Origin: an archaeon
Lineage (GTDB): Archaea; Undinarchaeota; Undinarchaeia; Undinarchaeales; JBDRKL01
DNA: 64,000 bases
NCBI GenBank assembly: GCA_043814055.1
Contig: JBDRKL010000007.1
Span: forward strand, 32,001 to 96,000
Direction: 5' to 3'
The notes below the pieces were generated by a model. The model saw only the letters and a list, made by a program, of their open reading frames with translations. It made no database searches and had not been told where the DNA came from. Positions within the stretch are counted from its first letter, which is position 1. Each line of letters opens with the position of its first letter. The position numbers and the translations under genes were made by a program. Shown piece after piece: positions 28,185-37,882 of the stretch.

Positions 28185-29372
28185 ATGATTTGGATATATC
28201 CGATACTATACGTGGTACTCTTTGTTACCATGTGCTTCCTCTATACGTTCTTTGAGAACAAGGAGCACAAAAATCCAGGTGGCAAGTGCACTGAGAAGGT
28301 TAGCATACTTGTTCCAGCTTATAACGAGGAGGAAGGCATAGCGCGGCTGTTGGACTCGCTTCTTGACCTTGATTACAAAAACAAGGAAATCGTGGTTATT
28401 GACGATGGTAGCAAAGACAAAACGTACGAGATAGCGAGCAAGTACAAGCGGCGAGGCGTTAAGGTTTTCAAAAAGGAGAATGGCGGCAAGGCGAACGCGC
28501 TGAACTATGGGCTGAAGCACTGCACAGGGGAATTCATATTCACTATTGATGCTGATTGCGTTGTGGACAAGAAAACCCTGAAAAAGATGGTGCGGTTCTT
28601 CAAGAATCCTGAAGTAATGGCGGTTGTGCCGTCTTTGAGGGTTTACAAACCAAGAAAGATTATTGAAAGGGTGCAGGCAGTTGAGTATATAATTACGTCG
28701 TTCAACAGGAAAATGCTCTCGTTTATGCAGGCGCTCAATGTTGTGCCAGGCGCGCCTATGTACAGGGCAAGCTTTTTCAGGAAGCATGGCAAATTTGACG
28801 AGACCACGATGACCGAGGACCTTGAGATGGGAATGAGAATGCAGTCTAAGGGATACAAGATTGATTTTGCGTGGGACGCCCCTGTCTTGACTAAGGTTCC
28901 GAAAACCATGGTGAGCCTGTTCAGGCAAAGACGGCGATGGGGCTATGGGTTTCTTGAAAACTTTATGAAGTACAGGAAGATGGTTGGCCTGAAGTATGGT
29001 GAGCTGGGCCTGTTCTACCTGCCTGCGATGTTTTTCTTTGCAGTATATCCTGGAATTTTTTTGGTGTACCTGATAAGCTGGCTTTTTGAAAAATCAGTTA
29101 CGTCCGCATATTATCTTTCAGCTGTCAATTATGATGTTGCATACGCTGTCACTACTGGAACAATGGAGTTCCTGCTCAACCCAAGATTCTTCCTTTTAGT
29201 CTGCAGCGTCATAATGGGACTAACTGTGTATTACCTGGCAAAGACCCACATAAAGGAGCGGAAGTTTAAAATAGATTATATCGCCTATGCACTCGTGTAC
29301 GGGTGGGTGCTGGCTCTGTTCCAGCTTTTCGTACTGTTAATATTCATACTTAGGAGGAAACCAAAATGGTGA
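28185..29372 (+). CDS. processive-type GT2 glycosyltransferase with TM segments
   Basis: VPAYNEE, DDGSKD, GKANALN, IDAD, TEDL, QRRRW (D,D,D,QxxRW). Confidence 0.9.
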   Translation: MIWIYPILYVVLFVTMCFLYTFFENKEHKNPGGKCTEKVSILVPAYNEEEGIARLLDSLLDLDYKNKEIVVIDDGSKDKTYEIASKYKRRGVKVFKKENGGKANALNYGLKHCTGEFIFTIDADCVVDKKTLKKMVRFFKNPEVMAVVPSLRVYKPRKIIERVQAVEYIITSFNRKMLSFMQALNVVPGAPMYRASFFRKHGKFDETTMTEDLEMGMRMQSKGYKIDFAWDAPVLTKVPKTMVSLFRQRRRWGYGFLENFMKYRKMVGLKYGELGLFYLPAMFFFAVYPGIFLVYLISWLFEKSVTSAYYLSAVNYDVAYAVTTGTMEFLLNPRFFLLVCSVIMGLTVYYLAKTHIKERKFKIDYIAYALVYGWVLALFQLFVLLIFILRRKPKW

Positions 29373-30004
29373 GAAGACAAATAGACAAGAAAAAGTACAT
29401 AACAATACTAAGCGCAACCACGCTCATATTCCTGGTTGGAATAATGCTGGGGCAGCAAATCGCAGAGGCCAGGATTAATGAGGTTATCCAATTTGAGGAC
29501 GCGCTTGGTGAGGAGGCGCTCGCTCTTGACCTGAAAAAAGAGTTGCTGGCAGAGAACATATGCGAGATAGATGTTCTTGACAGTTTCAGGGAGAAAAACG
29601 TGCTCGGGGAAAGGCTGAGCCTGCTAGAGGCGCGGCTTGGGTCGGATGATCAGCAAGTCCAGAAGCTGAAAAACAAGTATTCGTTGCTCTCCATACAGCA
29701 GTACCTCTTGGTAAAGCAATATAAGGAGGAATGCGATGACAGCGTGAGCATAATCCTTTTCTTTTACTCAAATGAAGACGCAAAAGCAGAGTCAAAAGCG
29801 CAGGGCGGGGCGCTTGATTATGTTTATAGTAGGCACCCAGATGACACTGTAATTTACGCGTTTGACATAAACATAAAAAATCCTGCGACAACCAGCCTGA
29901 TGGAGCTGAACAACATAAAGAGCGCACCGTCAGTAGTTATAAATGGGGCACTGCATCAGGGCGTACTGAGCGCAAGCGAAGTGGAGGCGCTGTTTAAGGA
30001 TTAA
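29366..30004 (+). CDS. membrane-anchored protein with C-terminal thioredoxin-like fold
   Basis: N-terminal TM; ILFFYS...IYAFD...APSVVING; no CxxC. Confidence 0.6.
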   Translation: MVRRQIDKKKYITILSATTLIFLVGIMLGQQIAEARINEVIQFEDALGEEALALDLKKELLAENICEIDVLDSFREKNVLGERLSLLEARLGSDDQQVQKLKNKYSLLSIQQYLLVKQYKEECDDSVSIILFFYSNEDAKAESKAQGGALDYVYSRHPDDTVIYAFDINIKNPATTSLMELNNIKSAPSVVINGALHQGVLSASEVEALFKD

Positions 30005-30005
30005 A

Positions 30006-30881
30006 ATGAAAGTACTTGTTACCGGCGGAGCAGGATTTGTAGGTTCCTATGTAGTTAGGAAACTGGCTGAAAACGGGCATGACGTTGCTGTGTTTGACAG
30101 CCTTGCAAAAGAGGGCACAGTAGCTAGCGATGTTAAATTCATTAGGGGGGACATCACCAATGCCTCAGATGTAAATGCTGCCTTCAAAGGGCGAGAGGGT
30201 ATTATACACCTCGCAGCACAGACACAGGTCCAAGAATCTATCAAGAATCCGGTAAAAGATGCAACAATTAACATACTCGGCACACTGAATTGCTTGAACG
30301 CTGCTGTAAATTCAACTGTTGAAAAATTTGTATCATTCAGCTCAGCTGCGGCTTACGGCGAGCCAAAAGAGCTGCCGCTCAAGGAAGAAACACCCTGCGA
30401 ACCAATATCCCCTTACGGCGCGTCTAAACTGGCGACTGAAACGTATTGCAATGCATTTTCAAAAATTCATAATTTAGATACAATTGTACTGCGGCCGTTT
30501 AACATATATGGGAAAGGGGGCGGAGGCGTTATTCCTTTGTTCCTTGGACGAATTCAAAATGAGGAATCGTTTACAATGTACGGGGATGGAACACAGACAA
30601 GGGATTACATATATGTTGAAGATATCGTGAATGGCTGCATTTTAGCCCTGGAAAAAGGGAAGAGAGGGGTGTATAATATTGGAACCGGGATTGAGACATC
30701 GCTTAACGAGCTTATTGAGACCATGGGGAAGGTTACTGGGAAGAAACCAGATGTTAAGCTAGGAGAACATCTTGAAGGGGACATCCAAAGGAGTGTTGCA
30801 GACATAATCAAGATAAAGAAAGATCTGGGCTTTGAGCCGAAGTATTCTTTGGAGGACGGACTCAGAGAGATGGTAAAATGA
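30006..30881 (+). CDS. NAD-dependent epimerase/dehydratase (UDP-glucose 4-epimerase-like)
   Basis: VTGGAGFVG, HLAA, YGASK, GDGTQTRDYIYV. Confidence 0.9.
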   Translation: MKVLVTGGAGFVGSYVVRKLAENGHDVAVFDSLAKEGTVASDVKFIRGDITNASDVNAAFKGREGIIHLAAQTQVQESIKNPVKDATINILGTLNCLNAAVNSTVEKFVSFSSAAAYGEPKELPLKEETPCEPISPYGASKLATETYCNAFSKIHNLDTIVLRPFNIYGKGGGGVIPLFLGRIQNEESFTMYGDGTQTRDYIYVEDIVNGCILALEKGKRGVYNIGTGIETSLNELIETMGKVTGKKPDVKLGEHLEGDIQRSVADIIKIKKDLGFEPKYSLEDGLREMVK

Positions 30882-31567
30882 GTGAGAAACTTGCTTTTGT
30901 GATTCCAGCGTATAATGAGGAAAAAACACTTGGACTTACACTGGATGACGTGAAAAAGAATTTTCCAAAAGCAGAGATTTTCGTGGTTGATGATGGCTCT
31001 GCAGACAAGACACGGGAAATTGCAAAGAGCAAAAAAGTCCATGTTCTGCAACACGTCATAAACAGGGGATTAGGTGCAGCGCTTGGCACGGGGATAATTG
31101 CGGCGATAGCATACAAGGCGGATTATATTGTTACTTTTGATGCAGACCTGCAGCATACTGGGAAAGACGTGAATCGACTTATAGAACCGCTTAAAAAAGG
31201 CAAGGCAGATGTTTCGCTTGGCTCAAGATTTTTGGACAAAAAGGACCTTGAAATGATGCCCGCTGTCAAGAGAATAGGCAACAGCACGCTTACTGGAATA
31301 ACAAACATTCTCGCCGGAACGAAAGTAACTGACTCGCAAAGCGGGTTGCGAGGTTTTACAAGACAGGCTGCGGAAAAGCTGATGATAATTTGCGATAAGT
31401 ATGAGGTGAGCTCGGAAATCATATACGAGCTCGGCAAAAAACACCTGAGAATTGTTGAGGTTCCAATAAAAGCTATATACTACGATGTCAAAAAGGGAAC
31501 CACGATAAAATCAGGCGTTCACATTGCGTGGAGCATGGTGCTTAAAAAGATAGGTGTTAAAAGATGA
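30878..31567 (+). CDS. DPM1-like GT2 (polyprenol-phosphate glycosyltransferase)
   Basis: IPAYNEE, DDGSAD, NRGLG, FDADLQH, GSRF, DSQSGLR. Confidence 0.9.
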   Translation: MSEKLAFVIPAYNEEKTLGLTLDDVKKNFPKAEIFVVDDGSADKTREIAKSKKVHVLQHVINRGLGAALGTGIIAAIAYKADYIVTFDADLQHTGKDVNRLIEPLKKGKADVSLGSRFLDKKDLEMMPAVKRIGNSTLTGITNILAGTKVTDSQSGLRGFTRQAAEKLMIICDKYEVSSEIIYELGKKHLRIVEVPIKAIYYDVKKGTTIKSGVHIAWSMVLKKIGVKR

Positions 31568-31908
31568 TACTAATAAGTGGAATACAAGTGATAGGAATTG
31601 TTCTTGCAGGATTGATATTCTATGAAGCGCGAGTTCTTTACAAGGTTGGAAAGTTCAAGAAGCGCGACTTTGGGATGTGGACAACGATTGCGCTGGGTCT
31701 GGTTGTGTTTTCAGCAGCCCCGGCCATGATGGCAGGGTTTGTGAACTTGTTCGCCAATGTCACGAGGGGACTGGACGCGCTCATTCTGTTCGCGCTATTC
31801 GGGGCGTATGCGCTGGTTTTCCAGGTTTATATCAGGATTCAGGAGACGAACAGGCAGATAACCGAGCTTGTGAGGAAAGTTGCGATTGAACTGGAGAAGA
31901 AAAAATAA
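31564..31908 (+). CDS. DUF2304 family membrane protein
   Basis: 3 TMs, RGLD, C-terminal ITELVRKVAI; usual partner of DPM1-like GT2. Confidence 0.85.
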   Translation: MILISGIQVIGIVLAGLIFYEARVLYKVGKFKKRDFGMWTTIALGLVVFSAAPAMMAGFVNLFANVTRGLDALILFALFGAYALVFQVYIRIQETNRQITELVRKVAIELEKKK

Positions 31909-31932
31909 GCGACTCAATTTAGTTTAAAGAGC

Positions 31933-33144
31933 TTAGTCCATTTGTATTTCGCCAAATGTTTTTACAATAACATCAAGATCGTCTTGTGAAAGATACTGGT
32001 GGCAGCCAATGTAGAAACCATTTGAACCTGTATAGTCTGCGTTTGGTAGTTTTCCTTCATATGTAGCCTTAAGATAAGAATATGCTGCCTGCTGTGTTGG
32101 GATACAACCGAAGAGTGGTCTTGTCTCAACTCCACGCGACTCCAGCTCTGCTCTGAGTTTTTTCCTAGGTATTTTGTCAGGATTCTTTATTATAATTGGA
32201 TATGCAAGATAGCTTACGTTCTCGTTGTATGGCGGAAGCTGTAGAACGTCAGAGTATTTTTTAAGATTTTCATTTAGATACTTAACGTTATTTAACCTGC
32301 TTTTAGTTATGTCATCTGCTTTTTTTAGTTGGGTACCGGCAAGTGCTGCCTGAAACTCCATGGTCTTGAAGTTGTAGCCAATCAAATCGTGTGTGAATCT
32401 TGGGTCAAAATCATCGTCACCTTTGTAAGCTGCCATTTTTGGGCATTTCCCCTCGTTTCTTGTGCAGACTGGGCAGTCACACATGCGCCCATTTGCCTTG
32501 ATGCGTTTGAGCAGTTTGTATATCTCAATGTCATCTGTTGTTATTGCACCCATCTCTCCCGCCTGTATGTTGTGGGCTATATAAAATGAGAAGTCCGCCA
32601 ACAGAGAGAGCGATCCTGTTTTTTTGCCTTTGTACGTTGTCCCATGAGCCTGCGCAGAGTCCTCAAATGTAATCAAGCCATATTCTTTTGCGATTTTGTT
32701 TATTTCATCCATATCGCAGGGATAACCCATTAGGTGTACTGGCAGAATTGCTGCGTATTCAGATGAGTCGTCGACTCCCTCAAGATGAGCTTTTATGTTC
32801 TCAGGCGTGATTCCAAACGTTGCCGGATCTGTGTCAACATATACAGGTTCAAAGCCTGTTGTGACTATTGCATTACTCGTAGCTATGTAGGTTAGAGGCG
32901 TGGTTATTATTTTTGACTTCTCTTTTATAGGGGTGATTGGGTGGTGTTTAAGAGCTGTAAGCCCCCCCATTATTGCACTTGTCCCAGAGCTTAGAGCCAC
33001 TGCATATTTTGTCCCTATATACTCTGCAAACTCGCTTTCAAAATTTCTTACACACTCTGCCTCAGATATTCGACCTGATTCCAGCACGCGAAGTACTGCT
33101 TCTTTCTCGTCTTTTCCAATAACAAAATCCCCTACATGTATCAT
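31933..33144 (-). CDS. DegT/DnrJ family PLP enzyme, RfbH/E1-like 3-dehydrase type
   Basis: SSGTSA, PVHLMG, EDSAQAHG, FSFYIAHN (His at the usual Lys), GRMCDCPVC..C. Confidence 0.85.
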   Translation of the reverse strand: MIHVGDFVIGKDEKEAVLRVLESGRISEAECVRNFESEFAEYIGTKYAVALSSGTSAIMGGLTALKHHPITPIKEKSKIITTPLTYIATSNAIVTTGFEPVYVDTDPATFGITPENIKAHLEGVDDSSEYAAILPVHLMGYPCDMDEINKIAKEYGLITFEDSAQAHGTTYKGKKTGSLSLLADFSFYIAHNIQAGEMGAITTDDIEIYKLLKRIKANGRMCDCPVCTRNEGKCPKMAAYKGDDDFDPRFTHDLIGYNFKTMEFQAALAGTQLKKADDITKSRLNNVKYLNENLKKYSDVLQLPPYNENVSYLAYPIIIKNPDKIPRKKLRAELESRGVETRPLFGCIPTQQAAYSYLKATYEGKLPNADYTGSNGFYIGCHQYLSQDDLDVIVKTFGEIQMD

Positions 33145-33288
33145 TTCAAAGTTTCACCTCTTTCATCAGCTTTGGAATCAACACAAAACTCAGCAATTTC
33201 TAGGGATTTTGTGTCTGATTTCAAAGTTTCACCTCTTTCACGGGCTTTGAAATGAGTACATTCATAGATTTCATGGTCTGTACCTCAT
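33141..33288 (-). repeat. tandem pair of two-hairpin junction cassettes carrying three chained mini-ORFs
   Basis: atttcaaagtttcacctctttca at 33143 and 33218 and again at 41353; 9-bp stems atttcaaag/ctttg(a/g)aat. Confidence 0.85.
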
Positions 33289-34238
33289 TTTTTGTTTCGC
33301 CAATACTCCAAGATGTCTTTGAGCGTTGTGTCAAAGTCTATCTCAGGTTTCCAACCGGTCTGCTTGCAGAATTTTGTGTTGTCCCCAAGCAAAATTTGGA
33401 CATCACTTGGCCTCATTCGCTCTGGGTCTTCCTTTACTTCTATTTTTGCGTCTGACATTCCCAATAGCTTGTCCAGAACTTCCTGGATTGGGTGAGTTGT
33501 TCCACTGCAGATATTGTAGACATCTCCGGGTTCGCACTTCTCAACCGCGAGTAGGTATGCGCGAACTGTATCTCGCACGTCAGTGAAGTCGCGCTTTGCA
33601 GTTAGATTTCCGACATTAATTATTGGATCTTTTTTATTGTTTTCAATGTCCACTATCTGCTTTGCAAAGTTTGAACAGACGAAAACACTGCCGCGTCTTG
33701 GACCGGTGTGATTGAACGCGCGCGTCCTAATTACTTTTACCCCGTATGACTGGAAATACTGGTAACCGAGGTAGTCCTGCGCGACCTTGCTCACTGCGTA
33801 CGGGCTCAGCGGCCTTAGCGGGTTCGTCTCCTTGATCGGAACTTCGTCTGGCATGACCATGCCATATTCCTCAGAAGAGCATGCTATCTGAATGGTTGGG
33901 TCTGCGTCTGATTCGCGGACTGCTTCAAAAAGATTTAGCTCCCCTATTAAATTGGTGTGCATTGTATCTGCAGGGGAACGCCAGGACGCGGGGACAAAAG
34001 ACTGTGCAGCCAAGTGGAAAATGTAATCAGGCTCGGATTCTTTTACAGCCGCTTTCATACTGTATGCGTCGTGCAGATCTGCCTCTATAAGTTTGAGATT
34101 GTTTTGTATATGCTTTATGTTTTCTGAGTCGCTCCTCCAGCGGGTTAATCCATAGACCTCATGCCCTTTTTCAAGCAGGAGCTCTGCCAGGTGGCTTCCT
34201 GCGAAGCCGGTTATGCCGGTTATTAATGAGTTTGTCAT
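33285..34238 (-). CDS. GDP-mannose 4,6-dehydratase family SDR (Gmd/Rmd-like)
   Basis: LITGITGFAGSHL, HLAAQSFV, SSEEYG, SPYAVSK, FNHTGPR, RDFTDVRD; start set at ATG 34238 after a GGAGG RBS. Confidence 0.88.
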   Translation of the reverse strand: MTNSLITGITGFAGSHLAELLLEKGHEVYGLTRWRSDSENIKHIQNNLKLIEADLHDAYSMKAAVKESEPDYIFHLAAQSFVPASWRSPADTMHTNLIGELNLFEAVRESDADPTIQIACSSEEYGMVMPDEVPIKETNPLRPLSPYAVSKVAQDYLGYQYFQSYGVKVIRTRAFNHTGPRRGSVFVCSNFAKQIVDIENNKKDPIINVGNLTAKRDFTDVRDTVRAYLLAVEKCEPGDVYNICSGTTHPIQEVLDKLLGMSDAKIEVKEDPERMRPSDVQILLGDNTKFCKQTGWKPEIDFDTTLKDILEYWRNKK

Positions 34239-34315
34239 TTCAAAGCCTCCTTGAATTTTACCAGCTTTGAAATACACACAAAGCTGGACACATTTGTTAA
34301 ACTTTGTTGTGTCAT
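34235..34315 (-). other. two-hairpin junction cassette / 26-codon leader mini-ORF
   Basis: GGAGGT RBS, MTQQSLTNVSSFVCISKLVKFKEALK*, ATGA overlap with the 34238 start; aaatgaca at both ends. Confidence 0.75.
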
Positions 34316-34348
34316 TTTTACCTCCACCTATTCCGTAGGATTATAATT

Positions 34349-35173
34349 TTATTTCCACTCCTTTATCGCCTTTTCGTAGCTTTCATTTGTGCCAAGGTCG
34401 TACCACGGACCTGAGTAGACATATCCAGAAAGTTTTCCCTGCTTTGCGAGCTTTGGGAAGACATCCTTTTCCAGCATTGCCTTTTTCTTGTTTGGCAGGT
34501 AATCAACAATGCTTGGCTCAAAAATGTAAAGACCTGCATTTATTAGGTTGCTAATGCGGTCTTTTGGCTTTTCAATGAATCCGGTTATTGCTGATCCGTT
34601 TAGAGTTGCAACACCAAATCGAGATGGATCCTTGACTGTTGTGAGTGCAATGGTTCCGGTAGAGTTTGAATTTAGATGAGTCTGGAGCATGTCAAGTACA
34701 TCTATTTTAGAGAGAAGGTCGCCGTTCATCATTACGAACGTGCTGTCAATCTTGCCTTTCGCGAGCCGAAGCGGTCCTGCGGTTCCAAGCGGCTCTTTTT
34801 CAACTAAATATTCTATGTTCACACCTAGGTTGTTGCCATCACCTAAGTGGGCTATTATTTTTTCAGACATATGACCGACCGACAATAGAATATCGTTTAT
34901 GCCAAAGCTTTTGAGGTTCAGGATAAGGTGTTCCACAAGAGCCCTTCCTTGAATAGGGATAAGCGATTTTGGAACTTCGTAGGTTAATGGGCGGAGTCTT
35001 GTCCCAATACCCCCTGCGAGCACAACTGCTTTGCTTATGCCATTGATTTGAAATGCTTTTCTGACAAGTTTCTCAACTGCAGCAGACCTGTTTTTGACAG
35101 TAATATTATCTATTGTTCCGTCTACTTTTTTAAGAATTCCCTTATCCAACGTCATGGTAATTCGCTTTTTCAT
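34349..35173 (-). CDS. ribbon-helix-helix + sugar-phosphate nucleotidyltransferase fusion
   Basis: N-terminal RITMTLD...NRSAAVEKLV (RHH); LAGGIGTRLRPLT..PK, EPLGTAG, NGD, INAGLY. Confidence 0.85.
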   Translation of the reverse strand: MKKRITMTLDKGILKKVDGTIDNITVKNRSAAVEKLVRKAFQINGISKAVVLAGGIGTRLRPLTYEVPKSLIPIQGRALVEHLILNLKSFGINDILLSVGHMSEKIIAHLGDGNNLGVNIEYLVEKEPLGTAGPLRLAKGKIDSTFVMMNGDLLSKIDVLDMLQTHLNSNSTGTIALTTVKDPSRFGVATLNGSAITGFIEKPKDRISNLINAGLYIFEPSIVDYLPNKKKAMLEKDVFPKLAKQGKLSGYVYSGPWYDLGTNESYEKAIKEWK

Positions 35174-35224
35174 AGAAGTATGATGATGTATGATAAGGGT
35201 ATATAAAGCTAATGAACCAAAGAT

Positions 35225-36562
35225 TTACCCGGATGCTGCGCTCACTCCAAGATCCAATAGTTCTTTGGCACGAGCCTTTGTTTTTGCCTCTGCAAACACT
35301 CGGATTACTGGTTCGGTGCCGGATGCTCGAACCATTACAGAGCCATCTTCATAAATTGCTTTTATGCCGTCCATTGTGATCAACTCTGCACCTGATACCT
35401 CAAGTTTTTTCAGTACATTTGCCATCACAGAACCTTTGGTTTCAGGGCTGCAGTTCATTTTTGTCTTTAATTGATAGTATTTTGGAACTTCCGATATCAA
35501 TTGCTCAAGGAATTTGCCGGTTGATGCTAGAAGGTCGAGTAGTTTTGCCACAGTTGCCGAGCCATCTCGCATAAAGCTTATCTCTGGGAATATGCTACCA
35601 CCGTTTTCCTCAAAACCATACGCTGCCTTTGATTTCATAACGCTTTCCCCGATGTACTTTCCGCCGACTTTGGTCTTTACAACCTTGCCGCCCAGTTCAT
35701 CTGCCACATCGTCTATAGCTTTTGAAGTTGCAATCGGTGTGACCACCTTACACCCTTTACTGTTGATAAAAAAATTGTGGGCAAGCAATGTGCCTGTAAC
35801 GTCTCCCATTATGAATTCACCCTGACCTGTTGCGAATATGGCTCTATCGCCATCTGTATCAAAAGCCACGCCAAAGTCTGGCTTTTCTTGTTTCACAACA
35901 TCCAAAAATGTTGTCAAGGTTTCTGGTGTTGGCTCAGGCGGCCTTTCAAACGCTCCAATGCTTGTGTGGAGGGCAATTACTTCGCAGCCAAGAGATTCCA
36001 AAAAATCTGGAATGAAAAGGCTTTGGGCGCCGTTGCCGGTGTCAACTACTACTTTGAACCGCTTCGCTCGAATGGCATTCGCGTTTATATTATTTGTTAA
36101 AGCGCGTGCATAAGGCTCGAGGATGTTGCAGTTTTTGCTTGTTCCAGCGCTTCCATTCGGAGCGAGTAAAAACTTTTTTGAATTAAAGATTTTCTCAAAT
36201 TCCACTTCTTCCTTTTCAGCGATTTCAAGGCTGCTGCCCATTATAAACTTAAGACCGTTCCACTCCGGCGGGTTGTGGGATGCAGTTATCATCGCACCTG
36301 CAGTATAGTTCTGCTTAACCGCAAAGCTTACTGAAGGTATTGGAGCTACACCAGCATCCTCAACATCTGTGCCTGTGGAAAGCAGGCCACTTACGAATGC
36401 GTTTTTTAGCGCCTCTGAAGAGCTTCGTGTATCCCTTGCAACAAGAACCTTACCGCCCTTCAGGAAAGTGCCAAATGCCTTGCCAAGCCCAAGAACAAAC
36501 TCTGGAGTAAAATCGCGGTTTGCAATGCCGCGGATTCCTGTTGTTGAGAAAAGTCCGGTCAT
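35225..36562 (-). CDS. phosphohexomutase (PMM/PGM/GlmM family)
   Basis: TASHNP, FDTDGDR, GFEENG, RASGTEP. Confidence 0.93.
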   Translation of the reverse strand: MTGLFSTTGIRGIANRDFTPEFVLGLGKAFGTFLKGGKVLVARDTRSSSEALKNAFVSGLLSTGTDVEDAGVAPIPSVSFAVKQNYTAGAMITASHNPPEWNGLKFIMGSSLEIAEKEEVEFEKIFNSKKFLLAPNGSAGTSKNCNILEPYARALTNNINANAIRAKRFKVVVDTGNGAQSLFIPDFLESLGCEVIALHTSIGAFERPPEPTPETLTTFLDVVKQEKPDFGVAFDTDGDRAIFATGQGEFIMGDVTGTLLAHNFFINSKGCKVVTPIATSKAIDDVADELGGKVVKTKVGGKYIGESVMKSKAAYGFEENGGSIFPEISFMRDGSATVAKLLDLLASTGKFLEQLISEVPKYYQLKTKMNCSPETKGSVMANVLKKLEVSGAELITMDGIKAIYEDGSVMVRASGTEPVIRVFAEAKTKARAKELLDLGVSAASG

Positions 36563-36664
36563 TTATAAATAGGACATAGGGAAATGCCTTTTTAAGCTTT
36601 TTAGAACACTGATACACAAGAGTTATAAAATGCTGCAGGACCTATACGAAGACAGAGACATTGG

Positions 36665-37882
36665 ATGAACACTAAAAAAAAGTTTAAAGTGCTGATTGTG
36701 CAGCATCATTACTACCCTTCGATAGGCGGGGCGCAGGAATATGTTAGAATGTTTGCCGAAGGGCTCGTGAAGAATGGGCATGAGGTTACAGTTTATACAA
36801 CCAACAGCATGACAGGAGAGGATGTTCCTGGAATTTCGTTCAGGTGGCCGTTTTTTAATAGACCAAAGAAAAGGGCGCAGTTGGCGAGAGAGGAAACCAT
36901 AAATGGCGTAAAGGTAAAGCGGTTTGATGTTAAGCTACGATTGTACAGTTTTAATTTTATGCCAGCTATGTTTAAAGAGCTGGGAGGGCTAGGGGATTAT
37001 GATATTGTAAACGGCTGCGGGTTTAATTTGCTCAGCACGTATAAGGCCTGCAAAGCTGCGAAGAAAAACAATAAGCCTTTTGTGCTGTCTGCGATTGATA
37101 TAACCATACCTAGAAGCCTGCCTGTTTTGGCAAAAATTTTCAAAGGAATATACGACTGTACGTATGGGAAGTATATTGTTGCGAATTCACAGGCGTTTAC
37201 AGCCCTTACAAAAGGACAGGTTCCGCAGTATGAAAGAGTTGGAGTCAAGGCGAATGATGTAACTGTGATAGAAAGCGTAATTGATTTGAAAAAATACAGG
37301 CAAAAACCACGAGGGAATTTTAGACGAAAGCATGGGCTGAAGAAAGAAGACAGGTTGATACTATATGTTGGGCGGCTTATCGAACACAAAGGTGTGCAGG
37401 ATGTCATAAATATGATGCCAAAAATTCTTGAGAAGCACGCAAACGCAACGTTCCTGATTGCGGGGGTTGATGGCGGGTACACAGGTGAGCTTGAAAAATT
37501 AATTGAGAAAAAAGGACTGAAGAGTTCTGTTAAAATGCTTGGGGCACTTGGCAAGGAAGAGCTCTTGGATGCATACGCAGACTCTGAGATATTTGTGCTG
37601 CCAAGCAACATGGAAGGCTTTGGGATAGTGATGCTCGAGGCTATGGCCTCTGGAACTCCGTGCGTTGCATATGATATAGAGAACGTGAGGGAAGTTATTT
37701 TAAACAACAAAACTGGGTTTCTTGCAAAGGATGAGAAAGAATTTAGAGAGCAGATTTTGGAGTTGCTAGGGGACAAAAAGAAACTTGGTTCATTTAGAAA
37801 AGCAGGGCTTGAGGACGTGAAGAAATACTCAAAAGAGACGTTTGCAAAGAAATTTGAAAAAGTTTATCAAGAGTTGGATTAG
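36665..37882 (+). CDS. GT4 glycosyltransferase
   Basis: YYPSIGGA, VGRL..HKG, EGFGIVMLEAMASG. Confidence 0.92.
   Translation: MNTKKKFKVLIVQHHYYPSIGGAQEYVRMFAEGLVKNGHEVTVYTTNSMTGEDVPGISFRWPFFNRPKKRAQLAREETINGVKVKRFDVKLRLYSFNFMPAMFKELGGLGDYDIVNGCGFNLLSTYKACKAAKKNNKPFVLSAIDITIPRSLPVLAKIFKGIYDCTYGKYIVANSQAFTALTKGQVPQYERVGVKANDVTVIESVIDLKKYRQKPRGNFRRKHGLKKEDRLILYVGRLIEHKGVQDVINMMPKILEKHANATFLIAGVDGGYTGELEKLIEKKGLKSSVKMLGALGKEELLDAYADSEIFVLPSNMEGFGIVMLEAMASGTPCVAYDIENVREVILNNKTGFLAKDEKEFREQILELLGDKKKLGSFRKAGLEDVKKYSKETFAKKFEKVYQELD

Noticed and set aside
28206-28928. 240-aa minus-strand ORF
   Set aside because: Antisense shadow of the GT2 gene
36997-37776. 259-aa minus-strand ORF
   Set aside because: Antisense shadow of the GT4 gene, Ser/Phe-rich with no motifs
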